Shown piece after piece: positions 19,848-29,986 of a stretch of DNA of 64,000 bases; the first letter of the stretch is position 1, and each line of letters begins with the position of its first letter. The notes below the pieces were generated by a model. That model saw nothing but the letters and a program-made list of their open reading frames with translations, did not search any database and was not told the origin of the DNA. Location: contig DATKGN010000007.1 in NCBI GenBank assembly GCA_035510735.1, positions 105 to 64,104 on the forward strand. The letters are read 5' to 3'. The position numbers and the translations under genes are program-made. Source of the stretch: Patescibacteria group bacterium. Lineage in GTDB: Bacteria; Patescibacteriota; Microgenomatia; UBA10105; UBA927.

Positions 19848-20567
19848 ATGCTGACTCTTATTCTTCTCGCAGAACTCATCGTCCTCTATTTTCTCTCTCG
19901 TTGGGTGACACAGAGCTTATTTACGTTCTTTCTCCTCCTTTTCCGATCACGCCCGGTAGCCGTCTCTATTCTTCTCGTTCTCGAATTCCCCGGCACGGCG
20001 ATTCATGAACTTTCCCACCTGTTTACTGCCGAGATTTTAGGCGTCAAGACGGGAAAATTGTCATTGGAACCTGAATCCATCCGCGGACCGGATATAACGA
20101 GCGGCAGTGTTATGATCGCCGAAACCGACCCGTTCCGGCGCTATGCCATCGGCCTCGCGCCTATATTTTCGGGGATAATTGCACTAACGGCGATTTCATA
20201 CTTTACAAACGGTCTATGGACGTCTGTTTTTTCATCGCATGTGGTTTTTTACCAAAATGCTGATTTTTATTTGTTACTCCTCATCGGGTATTGTTTATTT
20301 GCCGTCAGTAATACGATGTTCTCCTCACCCGCTGATTTGAAAGGCTTTATCCCCTTTTGTATTGTGTTGACTGTTTTTGTCGTCGCGCTCTACTTTACCG
20401 GCATACGGATTGTTCTGACGGGATTTGTACTTGAAGAGGTCACTAGAGTGGTAACAACGTTGGTTAGTAGTCTCGGTATTGTTCTTGCGATTAATGCGGG
20501 GCTATTGGTCGTCGCCTGGGCGCTTCGGAGCGTCCTTCAAAAAATAATGCATCTTCAAATTGTTTAA
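19848..20567 (+). CDS. M50-like membrane metalloprotease
   Basis: PGTAIHELSH HExxH within TM segments; IGLAP. Confidence 0.75.
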   Translation: MLTLILLAELIVLYFLSRWVTQSLFTFFLLLFRSRPVAVSILLVLEFPGTAIHELSHLFTAEILGVKTGKLSLEPESIRGPDITSGSVMIAETDPFRRYAIGLAPIFSGIIALTAISYFTNGLWTSVFSSHVVFYQNADFYLLLLIGYCLFAVSNTMFSSPADLKGFIPFCIVLTVFVVALYFTGIRIVLTGFVLEEVTRVVTTLVSSLGIVLAINAGLLVVAWALRSVLQKIMHLQIV

Positions 20568-20569
20568 CG

Positions 20570-22042
20570 TTATAGAATCCCATCCGAATATACGTTTGTG
20601 CCATAGAGAGCTCTTTTAATATCACTCATGCGAGCCTGCGAGATCCTGCCCTGATATAGATCGAGAAATTTTTCTACTCTACCCATTTCGCCAGTCAATA
20701 TGCCTTTTTTTCTCCACGTATCTATAGCAGTTAATAAGCCAATTGCCGCCTGATCTCTCTCATGTGAAAGATCAAAAGCGAGTCCATGTCGGACAACAGA
20801 AAGTCCGCCATCCACGCTCATCATGCGGGGCATATACCGGACCATTTTGGCGTAACTCCCGTGCCGACGCTCCGCCTGCTCATCTAACATCTCGCCAATG
20901 AGATCGCCCACATGATAATCATGCGCATCCCACCACGCGTAAAGCTCTGCAATTTCAATATCAACATCCTGAGTCGGAATCTTTCTCACCTTGTTTATAA
21001 GATTTCTCACCCGCCGGTCCGTAGGCTTAAACCATCGTAAGAAAAGAATTCCAATCCGCTGATCCGTCCCGTAGTATAAATACCGTTCTAAAAACGGTTC
21101 GAATTCCTTTTTATAACTGACGAATCGACGTAACATATAGTCAACTATGCCGGATCTGACTTCCTCATCCTGATAATTGAGCCCTTTTAATAAGGGAACC
21201 AAAAGTTTATTGTGCCAATGCCGACTATCCATATCATTGGCGATTGTCACAGCAATATGCGCAATTTGTTGCTTCCAAGCGGTCGTAATTTTTTTCATTT
21301 CGACCGGTGAACAACGCCAATCCTCCTGAAGCGGCAGTTTATAGAGCTTCACGGCTGCGTCGATAAATGCTTCTCTTGCATCAGTAACATTATGTTCTAG
21401 AGCCGCGCCCACGAGTCCCGAGGTAATTTCAAGATCTCCTGAGGTAATTTCATGGACATCACCCTCCAACATTTCTGATTGAGCGTCTTCTATGATCAAT
21501 GAAGATAAAAACTTCTTTGCATACCATGATTTATTATGCGGCTCCGTTCCGTTTTTGAACGTGTCATCACTAAATGTATCTAACCCCATTTGTACCAATT
21601 TCCAAAGCCGAAATTGATAGTCAACGACATTGTCGACATTTGATAAGTTACTTTGAACTTTGTCGATAGCACGCATCGTTTGAGTAAAATACTCCTCTTT
21701 TTTTCTCGAGTAGAGAGTATTATCTTGCCATATCATAGTTGTTGCAAGTGCCCGTCCAACATACTTTGGTATTTTCTCATCAAATTCGGGTGAATTGAAA
21801 AAGTTATTTTCCTGTGCCACATACAGTGCGCCTTCAACAAGCCGTTTGTGCATTCCTTCAGGAGATATAATTGCCCGTCCGCCAAGATGTTCCATTGCAA
21901 AGGATTCTCCGGGGATAGCACCTGAGGAGACAATATCGATCGCGCGCATCCATTTGTCGATATCGCGACCATCCAAGGATTGCGCAATAAATAGAGAATG
22001 CTGCTCTTTATTATTTAATTGAAGTTTAAGGTTTTCCTGCAT
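20570..22042 (-). CDS. orphan HEAT-like protein, paralogue 3
   Basis: WMRAID, QFRLWKLV, QDEEVR; ATG 22042 lies downstream of a TTGACA..TATTAT promoter. Confidence 0.65.
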   Translation of the reverse strand: MQENLKLQLNNKEQHSLFIAQSLDGRDIDKWMRAIDIVSSGAIPGESFAMEHLGGRAIISPEGMHKRLVEGALYVAQENNFFNSPEFDEKIPKYVGRALATTMIWQDNTLYSRKKEEYFTQTMRAIDKVQSNLSNVDNVVDYQFRLWKLVQMGLDTFSDDTFKNGTEPHNKSWYAKKFLSSLIIEDAQSEMLEGDVHEITSGDLEITSGLVGAALEHNVTDAREAFIDAAVKLYKLPLQEDWRCSPVEMKKITTAWKQQIAHIAVTIANDMDSRHWHNKLLVPLLKGLNYQDEEVRSGIVDYMLRRFVSYKKEFEPFLERYLYYGTDQRIGILFLRWFKPTDRRVRNLINKVRKIPTQDVDIEIAELYAWWDAHDYHVGDLIGEMLDEQAERRHGSYAKMVRYMPRMMSVDGGLSVVRHGLAFDLSHERDQAAIGLLTAIDTWRKKGILTGEMGRVEKFLDLYQGRISQARMSDIKRALYGTNVYSDGIL

Positions 22043-22130
22043 AATACCAGTCCGTTTTTGGAGCAGATGAACGTTATGTCCAGGATAATATATCAACCGG
22101 GCCCGTTGTGTCAATCTAAAAGATAGCGTA

Positions 22131-22395
22131 TTAATACACCTGACTGTGGGTACCGATGTTTACAAGGAGAACAGTATCATCGCTTCGGGTAAATAGTATT
22201 CGTAAATCGTATCCGACGGAAAAACTCCACGTTTCTCGTTCATATCCATCCAACTTGTGAATACGGAGAACCGGGTGTTTCGGATTCAATCTGAATTGTT
22301 CAATTTTCTCTTTAACAATTTGAGCCTTTTGGGCATCTCGTTTTACCAGCCGTTTATACGGCTCTCACAAAAGAGGGCGCTAATTCAAGGTTCAT
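22131..22395 (-). pseudogene. RelE/YafQ-type mRNA interferase toxin with a +1 frameshift
   Basis: MNLELAPSFVRA / YKRLVKRD...NPKHPVLRIHKLDG...WSFSVGYDLRILF...NIGTHSQVY*; 265 nt (3n+1); ATGA overlap with the antitoxin. Confidence 0.8.
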
Positions 22396-22640
22396 AGTGC
22401 ATCTAAATCATCGATTTTATTAATCGGAGTCGTCTTTCCCGCTTTATAGTCTTTCCATGCTTGATCAACCAATGTTATTTGACGCTTATTCATCGGTATA
22501 ATTGGAATCTCCGGCTCCAATAGCCTACGAAGAGCATCACGAATAACTTCGCTCAGCGATCCATAGTACCCTTTTTTTACCTGTTCTCGAGCTGCTTTCG
22601 CAAGCTGTTTTGGCAATGATATATTGACTGTATAATTCAT
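22392..22640 (-). CDS. ribbon-helix-helix antitoxin (ParD/CopG-like)
   Basis: TVNISLP...GYYGSLSEVIRDALRRL; directly upstream of the toxin. Confidence 0.85.
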   Translation of the reverse strand: MNYTVNISLPKQLAKAAREQVKKGYYGSLSEVIRDALRRLLEPEIPIIPMNKRQITLVDQAWKDYKAGKTTPINKIDDLDAL

Positions 22641-22650
22641 ATATGAATAT

Positions 22651-22667
22651 CATACAATTTTTGTATG
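22651..22667. promoter_or_regulatory. palindromic TA operator
   Basis: CATACA-ATTTT-TGTATG in the antitoxin promoter, downstream of TTGACA. Confidence 0.65.
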
Positions 22668-22672
22668 TATTG

Positions 22673-23311
22673 TCAAACATCGTTCATCGCATGGAGCTCG
22701 CGGAATTCATCGGAAACTGAGTGTATTCTGTAGGCTACAACTTCCCCTTCAGTCCCCCGTTCAATCCCCGTGTAAATATGCCGCATGATCCAGGGAAATT
22801 CACTTTCCCACCGTACAAAATGCTTTCCGGGCATGTGATGATACATCAGAAGCTCCTTTGAGTCTTTCGCATGCCATAAGGTAAAATCCTCAACCGCCTC
22901 ATATTTGAGCACATCGAGTAAAAAAGGGCATGTGAGGGCGAATTCTACCATCTCCTCCCTGGCTGCAACAGAAAGATGTTGCGGATCGTCAGGCGGCCGC
23001 CGTATTGACTGTCCTACGACGCCACGCTGGCCCCACATCTCCCTCGGCCGGTCATAGGCATGTTTGTACAATTGGTAGGGCGTCGCTCCAGCCGGAACGG
23101 ATAATAATGACCCTAATTCGCGGACTAATTCTGTTGGCTTATGGTGAGTTGTCTCCCACACCCAATGAATATAGTTGGGGCCAATGGAAAGAAATTTCGC
23201 CGTTCCCGTTTCAAAATCTTTATATGCACCGGATAGCCAAAATGACGGATCAAGATACTTCTTGGTCATTACTCCATCGGCAAACACATGGCGTAGATCT
23301 TCATTGGACAT
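22673..23311 (-). CDS. hypothetical protein
   Basis: 212-aa ORF. Confidence 0.65.
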   Translation of the reverse strand: MSNEDLRHVFADGVMTKKYLDPSFWLSGAYKDFETGTAKFLSIGPNYIHWVWETTHHKPTELVRELGSLLSVPAGATPYQLYKHAYDRPREMWGQRGVVGQSIRRPPDDPQHLSVAAREEMVEFALTCPFLLDVLKYEAVEDFTLWHAKDSKELLMYHHMPGKHFVRWESEFPWIMRHIYTGIERGTEGEVVAYRIHSVSDEFRELHAMNDV

Positions 23312-23382
23312 ACTTTAGTATGCGGAACGCATGAGATGATAATACTATAAGACTATATTAAAGTAAAATCCCGATGAAGCGT

Positions 23383-24879
23383 TTATTGGAGTAATTCTAA
23401 AATAGCCTTCTCATACGACCCGACCGGATATTTACGATAGGCTTCAACCATTTCTTCAATGTTCATACGAAGAACAGCGCCATCCGGACCATCCAAAAAC
23501 CCTTTCTTCTTCCACAGTTTTACCGATTCTTCAAATACCTGTGCGGCCACGACCTGGGAATCATGTGCGATGAGACAATCCCTAAAAAACATCATAGCAG
23601 TATCCACGGAAATAAATGGAAGCGCGCGGATAACCTCATCCCGCGCCGCAGCTGTACCGTTAAAATCGCTAATAATCTTCACTTGAGCTCCATCACGGTG
23701 CATTATATTACGCGACGCGTCGGCTTCAATTTCAGCGAGCGAGATATACGTTGCAATTCGGACGGGCTTTCGCGGGTCATCTAAAAACGTATACGTGAGA
23801 TTCGAAAACGTCTCTTTGGAAGTATCCGTCGGAACGCATGCGATAAGCGATGCCGCAGCAAGCGCTAAATCCGCATCATAGCGGAACGCCGACGCCGCCA
23901 AATGCCTGAGAAGCTGATTCGCAAACCAACCGCCGCCTGAAGTGTACCTTTCCTTTATTTTTGTATATATAAGGGGTTTCGCTTCCTCATCTGCCATCGA
24001 CAACAGTCCGATAAATCCATCCAATCCTTCTTCCCGGTCCAAGCGTTCATAAAAAGTCATGAGGTTCTCAATGAACCTATGTTTAGCTCTGTTGTCATAA
24101 TTTCGCCCGCGGACTTCGTCCCCCCGGTCTATAGGGAATAGTCGATGCGCATATGTATTAACCCCGTCAATCATTATTGCCCGTATAGGATCAACAGAAG
24201 ACGGAAAATATCCCAACACTTCACCGGGCCATGCGTCTACGCTCGGAGCGCCCTTTAACACCTGCTCGGAAATCATATCCGCCATGACCATCGTGCCAAC
24301 CCGCGAAGTATATTCCGGGGCGAACTCCTGTACTCCATTGACGAGAAACATCCAGAGCGCATAGTTCCACGTTTTACCTCCGCGATCGACGAGTTTCGTC
24401 GCCACATTATGAGCCCATTCTTTCTCCCCCAGATACTCTCTCCACGGGTCACCTGCATCCGCCCGTTTCCCGAGGAAAGTAAAGCCCTCCGTCATAGACA
24501 GAAGCGCCACCTGGCTCAACACCTGCTTAAACCGTTTTTGCGTGCTTTCGGGGGGGAAATACGATTCGAATGTTGTTTTGAATTGATCTATCGTACTATC
24601 AAGGAGTGTATTTGTTAGCTTTTTGAGACTCTCTTCACGGTTGACGAGCGGACCATGGGTTCTCATACAATCCGTAATGTAGCCAAATATTCCGCCGGTT
24701 TCAGGAGTTGTGATCTGGCCAACGACTGCCTCCCAATCACGTAGACCAATATCTTTTCGGCTTAGGGTATCAACCACATGTTCTATCGTCCAAATTTCAC
24801 GGGCGTCACCAGTAGAGAAAGATTCGAAGGCTCTCAGGTTCGGATACGGAAGTGCTGCTTCTGCTTGTGATGTCGGCAT
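23383..24879 (-). CDS. orphan HEAT-like protein, paralogue 4
   Basis: 498 aa; WEAVV..GIFGYI, YALWMFL, DDPRKPVR. Confidence 0.65.
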   Translation of the reverse strand: MPTSQAEAALPYPNLRAFESFSTGDAREIWTIEHVVDTLSRKDIGLRDWEAVVGQITTPETGGIFGYITDCMRTHGPLVNREESLKKLTNTLLDSTIDQFKTTFESYFPPESTQKRFKQVLSQVALLSMTEGFTFLGKRADAGDPWREYLGEKEWAHNVATKLVDRGGKTWNYALWMFLVNGVQEFAPEYTSRVGTMVMADMISEQVLKGAPSVDAWPGEVLGYFPSSVDPIRAIMIDGVNTYAHRLFPIDRGDEVRGRNYDNRAKHRFIENLMTFYERLDREEGLDGFIGLLSMADEEAKPLIYTKIKERYTSGGGWFANQLLRHLAASAFRYDADLALAAASLIACVPTDTSKETFSNLTYTFLDDPRKPVRIATYISLAEIEADASRNIMHRDGAQVKIISDFNGTAAARDEVIRALPFISVDTAMMFFRDCLIAHDSQVVAAQVFEESVKLWKKKGFLDGPDGAVLRMNIEEMVEAYRKYPVGSYEKAILELLQ

Positions 24880-24999
24880 AATGAAAAATAACCGGCAGGA
24901 GGACTAATTAATGCCGAACTATAGTACGATTACTTCGACCTGTCAAGCAAAGTTGATAAATATCGAAGTGGGGATATTTCGGCCGGTACTAATGGGAAA

Positions 25000-25644
25000 T
25001 TATCGCTGTACCAGACTGTACGTCGAATCGTCCCGATGGCGACCATGCCGCTCTCTCACAATGCTCCACACCCCAGTAGTGTCAAAGTCAAGCTTGTGAT
25101 TTATTTCTGCGATCGTATCTATAATCTCTTTCGGCTTCATATCGTGAAGCCGCAGATCCAATTCAAGAAAACGTAGCTTTGATTGATCACCGTACGCACG
25201 GGATAATTCTAAAAATATCTTAAGCTCTGCGGGAGCCAATCGCGGCTCAGCTTCTGTTTGATTAATGACGGTCGCATACCGCATCATGACCAACAGCCTA
25301 GACATATCATGCTCAAAGGGAACCCCCGAAAACCAATCAGGATCGGGCATAAAACCAGCAGGTCTAAGTATTGTCCCCGGCTCCTGAACCCCATCCAGAT
25401 AGACATATCCGTGTCCCGTTATCGTAAAAAGAGACCCATTTCGCTTCGGAGCCTCGTTGTGACGAACCCGCCATATGAGCTCGTTTACACCGTTTTCCGG
25501 ATTCGGATTACCGGGAAAAAATTTTAATTGAAATTCCTCAGTTGTAATCAATTTGTTTTCATTAAGAAAAAAATGCCGCATGGCACGCTCAGCGATCGGA
25601 TAGTCCGAATAATCGATATAATATTCATGCGGCTTTTCAACCAT
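25000..25644 (-). CDS. putative tandem winged-helix (OmpR C-terminal-like) DNA-binding protein
   Basis: LITTEEF..VNELIWRVR..FTITGHGY and LAPAELKIFLEL. Confidence 0.5.
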   Translation of the reverse strand: MVEKPHEYYIDYSDYPIAERAMRHFFLNENKLITTEEFQLKFFPGNPNPENGVNELIWRVRHNEAPKRNGSLFTITGHGYVYLDGVQEPGTILRPAGFMPDPDWFSGVPFEHDMSRLLVMMRYATVINQTEAEPRLAPAELKIFLELSRAYGDQSKLRFLELDLRLHDMKPKEIIDTIAEINHKLDFDTTGVWSIVRERHGRHRDDSTYSLVQR

Positions 25645-25764
25645 AATATCCTATAATTATAACATACAGCCACAAAACTATCCAGATTACGCTATGAATA
25701 GCCAAGCGAATTCACGCAGTTCATACGTTGACAAAAATAGAAATGAGCCTATACTACGCTCCAT

Positions 25765-26499
25765 ATGACTACTCCGGAAGAAATCAAAGCCACTCCTGAT
25801 AAACAATACTACGAAACGCGCGAAAGTTCTCTTGAAATACCCCCGGTAATTAAAAAGCACGGATCGTACGCTTATTTCCCCGTCGTTGAGGATGCCGGAC
25901 AATCATCTTTAGCAGGAATTAAAATCAAGGGAACTTCACACGGATCTCTTTTATTCCCTTCATTTACCTATAACGGTGACCCTGTTATCCTTTCCATGTC
26001 AAATCAACCCACGAGCGATGATCCTAAAAACTATCGGTACAACCTGGAGGGACATGGATTGCTCATCCCCCACTATGGAGTATTCAAAAATAAAAATTTA
26101 AATATATATCAGCCGTCGAATACTCCCTGGAATATCGAAGCTCATGGGTCGGTAATCGCCCAAGCACATTATGATGCATCTGATCAGGCAATGTGGATAA
26201 TGATCACCAACCGCACGCTTCCGATCTCAGTACACTTAGACAGAAAACAGACCTGTTCATTTCTTGTCGAATCTGAAAAAATATTTTACGATTTGTTATT
26301 CCGGGATTTTTCTGATTATTACGATCCGACGATGAAAGAAAAACATCCGCACGCATTTGTTCGATTTCCAAACCATCATGAAATGGAATTAACCGAATCA
26401 CATAGAACGCAATCCTGGGTAATGAATGGTAAGGATCTGTGTACGTTCTCATTCCTCACGCCGGCGCAGCAACCCATAACCCCAACAGCAACTGAATAA
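25765..26499 (+). CDS. hypothetical protein, tandem paralogue A
   Basis: 244 aa; colinear with 26544-27281 (SS.EIP, L.GIK, PSFT, TLP, LCTFSFLTP). Confidence 0.75.
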   Translation: MTTPEEIKATPDKQYYETRESSLEIPPVIKKHGSYAYFPVVEDAGQSSLAGIKIKGTSHGSLLFPSFTYNGDPVILSMSNQPTSDDPKNYRYNLEGHGLLIPHYGVFKNKNLNIYQPSNTPWNIEAHGSVIAQAHYDASDQAMWIMITNRTLPISVHLDRKQTCSFLVESEKIFYDLLFRDFSDYYDPTMKEKHPHAFVRFPNHHEMELTESHRTQSWVMNGKDLCTFSFLTPAQQPITPTATE

Positions 26500-26543
26500 A
26501 ATCTTTATCCTGCAATTGACAGCGACAAATCGTTCGTATTATC

Positions 26544-27281
26544 ATGCCGCGCATGGCAGTACCGGCAGAAACCACCATCCGTCCTTGGCTCGACTTGCAA
26601 TACAGTTCTGTTGAGATTCCATCCAATCTGGAAAATGCAGGGTTGTATATTGAGTTCCCCACAAATCCAGACACCGGTAAAATCGCACTCACCGGCATAA
26701 AACTACCACTTGGACAAAAAGCTTCACTTGTCTATCCATCATTTACCGTTCGCGACAGTCCCGTACATATTATTCTAGAAAGTATGCCGGCAAGAGGAGC
26801 GTTCCCAGAACTCGGTAAGCGAGCGTATCCGGAGCAAGGGAAAATAACGTATGTGTATAGCGGGGTAAAAGGTGGGCATTTTCTGATATCACGTTCCAGC
26901 GAAAACCCGTGGAAGATTGGCATATTGAGAGAAACGGTAGCCAACGCATACTGGGATAGCAAGGACCGTTCGCTCCACATCAATCCAACTTTGGCAACAC
27001 TCCCAGTTGCGATCCTCGTGCACCCCAGGCGAACGTGTACATTTTTTGTCGATTATCAAGGACAATCGCGCCCGCTTGACGTAGAGGATGTATCGCAAGG
27101 GAAAAGCGAGGTTGGCCGGCCCAATCCAAGAGCGTTTGTGGAATTCCACACGGGCAAGCTAGCACGATTGAATCCGTTTCGCCCCACGACATCATGGATG
27201 GTTGGCGGCAAAACGTTATGTACGTTTTCATTTCTCACGCCGCCCCTCGGGCTCACGAAGCAGGAAGCTCCACAATCTTAA
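26544..27281 (+). CDS. hypothetical protein, tandem paralogue B
   Basis: 245 aa; own TTGACA..TATTAT promoter. Confidence 0.75.
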   Translation: MPRMAVPAETTIRPWLDLQYSSVEIPSNLENAGLYIEFPTNPDTGKIALTGIKLPLGQKASLVYPSFTVRDSPVHIILESMPARGAFPELGKRAYPEQGKITYVYSGVKGGHFLISRSSENPWKIGILRETVANAYWDSKDRSLHINPTLATLPVAILVHPRRTCTFFVDYQGQSRPLDVEDVSQGKSEVGRPNPRAFVEFHTGKLARLNPFRPTTSWMVGGKTLCTFSFLTPPLGLTKQEAPQS

Positions 27282-27961
27282 GTTGATGTAACGGGGTTTA
27301 TCGCTTCGGTCCCAGACACAAATGTAGCACCGGGAGAAAGAATCAGTGTGCCCTCCAGAGCATGAAGATGAGGATTCACTGGCGGTCCGACACGGACTTC
27401 TGTATAGTGAAAAAGTTCCCGTCCGCCTACATCGACTCCAGGGAGCAATGAAGAGCTGTGTTCATACGCTTCAACCAGAACCGAGGCGTCTTTTCCGTTC
27501 CACTGATGGTTAATAACCATCCATGAGTCGTGCGCTTTGTAAAAACGGGAAATAACCGCCGCTGCACCAGGATCACTTACTGCAATTTCCTGATGATCGT
27601 CGCGGTTCAAAAGCACCATGCTGATACTTGCCGGCACCTCCACTTTGGATGCTATCTGCAGCGCGTCTACAAGCGTTCCAACGTCAGTAGGGATCGTCCA
27701 ATCAAGCCCGACGTAGGAAGAGGTTTCCGGAATCCACATTTTCATCCCTGCCGGAGTTTTGATATGATTCCAATCGCCCTTGTGGTTCCTCGTCTGAAGA
27801 TCCAGCAATTCCAAATTGCCGATCTCAACCGGCTTAAAAACCGCTTTCCCTCTGTTTTCAGAACTTAGTGCTGCTTCAACGTGAAATGCCATAGATTTAT
27901 CCGCCAATAACCTCCACAACACCAGCGCCACCGAATCCTGGTTCTTTGGGCTGACAATCAT
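27278..27961 (-). CDS. hypothetical protein
   Basis: 227-aa ORF. Confidence 0.6.
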   Translation of the reverse strand: MIVSPKNQDSVALVLWRLLADKSMAFHVEAALSSENRGKAVFKPVEIGNLELLDLQTRNHKGDWNHIKTPAGMKMWIPETSSYVGLDWTIPTDVGTLVDALQIASKVEVPASISMVLLNRDDHQEIAVSDPGAAAVISRFYKAHDSWMVINHQWNGKDASVLVEAYEHSSSLLPGVDVGGRELFHYTEVRVGPPVNPHLHALEGTLILSPGATFVSGTEAINPVTST

Positions 27962-28526
27962 GAAATACTACAATAAGCTTTGGTGGCGGAACGTCAGATG
28001 AGGGTGTTCCGAGCATAAAATATTTCTTGTCATTATACGGTTCAACAGTCGTCACAGAAAGCCCTATCGCCTTTCTCATCGTATTTTCCCTAATCTGCAT
28101 AACATGACCGTCAACATCAAATCCAAGGGTTGTATTCCACGGGGGTAAACCTTTTGCACCATACACTAAATCTATAGAGCGATGTAACCCGGGGAACGGT
28201 ATATCCGCTCGTTTAGCAACAAGAAGTCTGGATTGTTTTAGTTTTGGTTGCACAACAACGATCGGCGCCTCAGGCATAACGACTAACCACTTCATATCCA
28301 ACTCTTCATGACGAAGATCATGCCAACCATCACCTAATATTGTTGTTAATTCACCGATCCCCCTGATAAACCCATTCATTTCTCGTTGTTGTTCAGAATT
28401 CAGCTCTTGAGGATACGATTGTCCAGCTCTCACTTCTATATTCGGACTATATGTGAGCGCTAACCCTAATTTAACCGCTTGAGTAAATATATCAGGTTGA
28501 ACTTCTTTTACTGCTGTTGTTGACAT
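27897..28526 (-). CDS. hypothetical protein
   Basis: 209-aa ORF with TTGACA-17-TATTAT promoter. Confidence 0.6.
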   Translation of the reverse strand: MSTTAVKEVQPDIFTQAVKLGLALTYSPNIEVRAGQSYPQELNSEQQREMNGFIRGIGELTTILGDGWHDLRHEELDMKWLVVMPEAPIVVVQPKLKQSRLLVAKRADIPFPGLHRSIDLVYGAKGLPPWNTTLGFDVDGHVMQIRENTMRKAIGLSVTTVEPYNDKKYFMLGTPSSDVPPPKLIVVFHDCQPKEPGFGGAGVVEVIGG

Positions 28527-28600
28527 AACAAATCCCTTAGTGGACAGCTAGAGTATGCTGCGAATAATATATCGACGAACCGATTGTGTCAACAAATGAA

Positions 28601-29830
28601 TTATCGGGAGCCATTCACAAACGAAACCAGATATGGATGAAATTGCCGCGCGATCGCAAATATTTCACCGAGCACCTGCTCGCGGGTGTACCCCTTCTCA
28701 ACCAATTTTCGCATGTCCCACTTTTCTACTATAAAATTATAACCCACCGACTCGGTATCCCCTTTCTCAATGTGTGCGATGCGAAATAGTAACCCTATTG
28801 AATTTTCAGGATCAAGCGCTTCGCCAAAGAACGTAATCGAATGCATATTTGATATGCAATAATCACCAAATTTCTCAATCATCTCGCCTATCGATTCGTC
28901 ATTATCGCCAAAAACAGACATCATCTCTGTGGGGAATACTACCATGCCTTCAATCCTGCCTCCCTTTTCATTCTCTTCGTCATCAGTCGACTTCATATCT
29001 ATCTTGTAAACCATGCCATCTATCGTGACCTGTCCGCCAGTTTCATATTCAATCGGCTCCGTCCCTTCGACCGGCTCTAGCCACTCGCCCCGAACTTCAT
29101 GAGCACCCAATGCACTAATCGCGCTCACCGGCCATGCGGGGGGTTTCGTCTCAATGCGTTCTTCCCGCTTTTTGATAAGCTTCGGTATCTCATTTTGGAT
29201 AAAGGTAGGCGTGTATTCTTTGAGCGTTCGTACCAAATTCCCCAAACGCTCGGCTATTTGAGCGCCGTACTGCTCGCGTGTCATGCCGTCATGCGTATTT
29301 GGATCGTGGTAATGACCCACGGGGGTATCTTCAACTTCTATATCAAGCGTGTCATCGTCCTCCGCCTCGCTACTTATACACGCAGCTCCGGAATCGGTCG
29401 CCAACCCGTTCTCATGCATGCGCCAATTAAGACTTGTGTGTCCCTCTTCGCGAAGCCTATCAACCCAGTCGGTCCATGCGTCATCAAGCTCATCTGTAAA
29501 TGACAACAGTTCTTCATCAAACGGCGCGATCGGTACGTGCACGGTGGCACAGAGGAATTCCCACACATCGTCTTCATCCTGACTGCCGGTATGAGACCAC
29601 GATGCGTCAAACTTCACCCAGTCGCCCGTGCTATCTTCCCAACCCGGCGCCCAAAGAAAACCCTGAAGTACATAGTTTTTTGCCTCTTCCGGATCACGGA
29701 ATAGATGCGGTTCAAATCCGGGTTCGGCGCACACAAACCGCGACCGTATAAACCCCTGCAAGAATTCCGGGGCTTTCGTCAGGGATAATTCGGGATATGG
29801 TTTACCATCAAACGTTTCAAGACCACCCAT
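28601..29830 (-). CDS. acidic hypothetical protein
   Basis: 409-aa ORF. Confidence 0.7.
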   Translation of the reverse strand: MGGLETFDGKPYPELSLTKAPEFLQGFIRSRFVCAEPGFEPHLFRDPEEAKNYVLQGFLWAPGWEDSTGDWVKFDASWSHTGSQDEDDVWEFLCATVHVPIAPFDEELLSFTDELDDAWTDWVDRLREEGHTSLNWRMHENGLATDSGAACISSEAEDDDTLDIEVEDTPVGHYHDPNTHDGMTREQYGAQIAERLGNLVRTLKEYTPTFIQNEIPKLIKKREERIETKPPAWPVSAISALGAHEVRGEWLEPVEGTEPIEYETGGQVTIDGMVYKIDMKSTDDEENEKGGRIEGMVVFPTEMMSVFGDNDESIGEMIEKFGDYCISNMHSITFFGEALDPENSIGLLFRIAHIEKGDTESVGYNFIVEKWDMRKLVEKGYTREQVLGEIFAIARQFHPYLVSFVNGSR

Positions 29831-29986
29831 AGGCCGCTACTATAGCCTAAAACACCCAGAAGTGCAAATTAAAACCCTCTCCGAAATGACCGGCGACTTC
29901 GAACTAACGTGTATTCAAACGTACATATAGCGGACACATTCACATACTATTGATTTATTATCTTTATAGGATATATAATACGTGGT

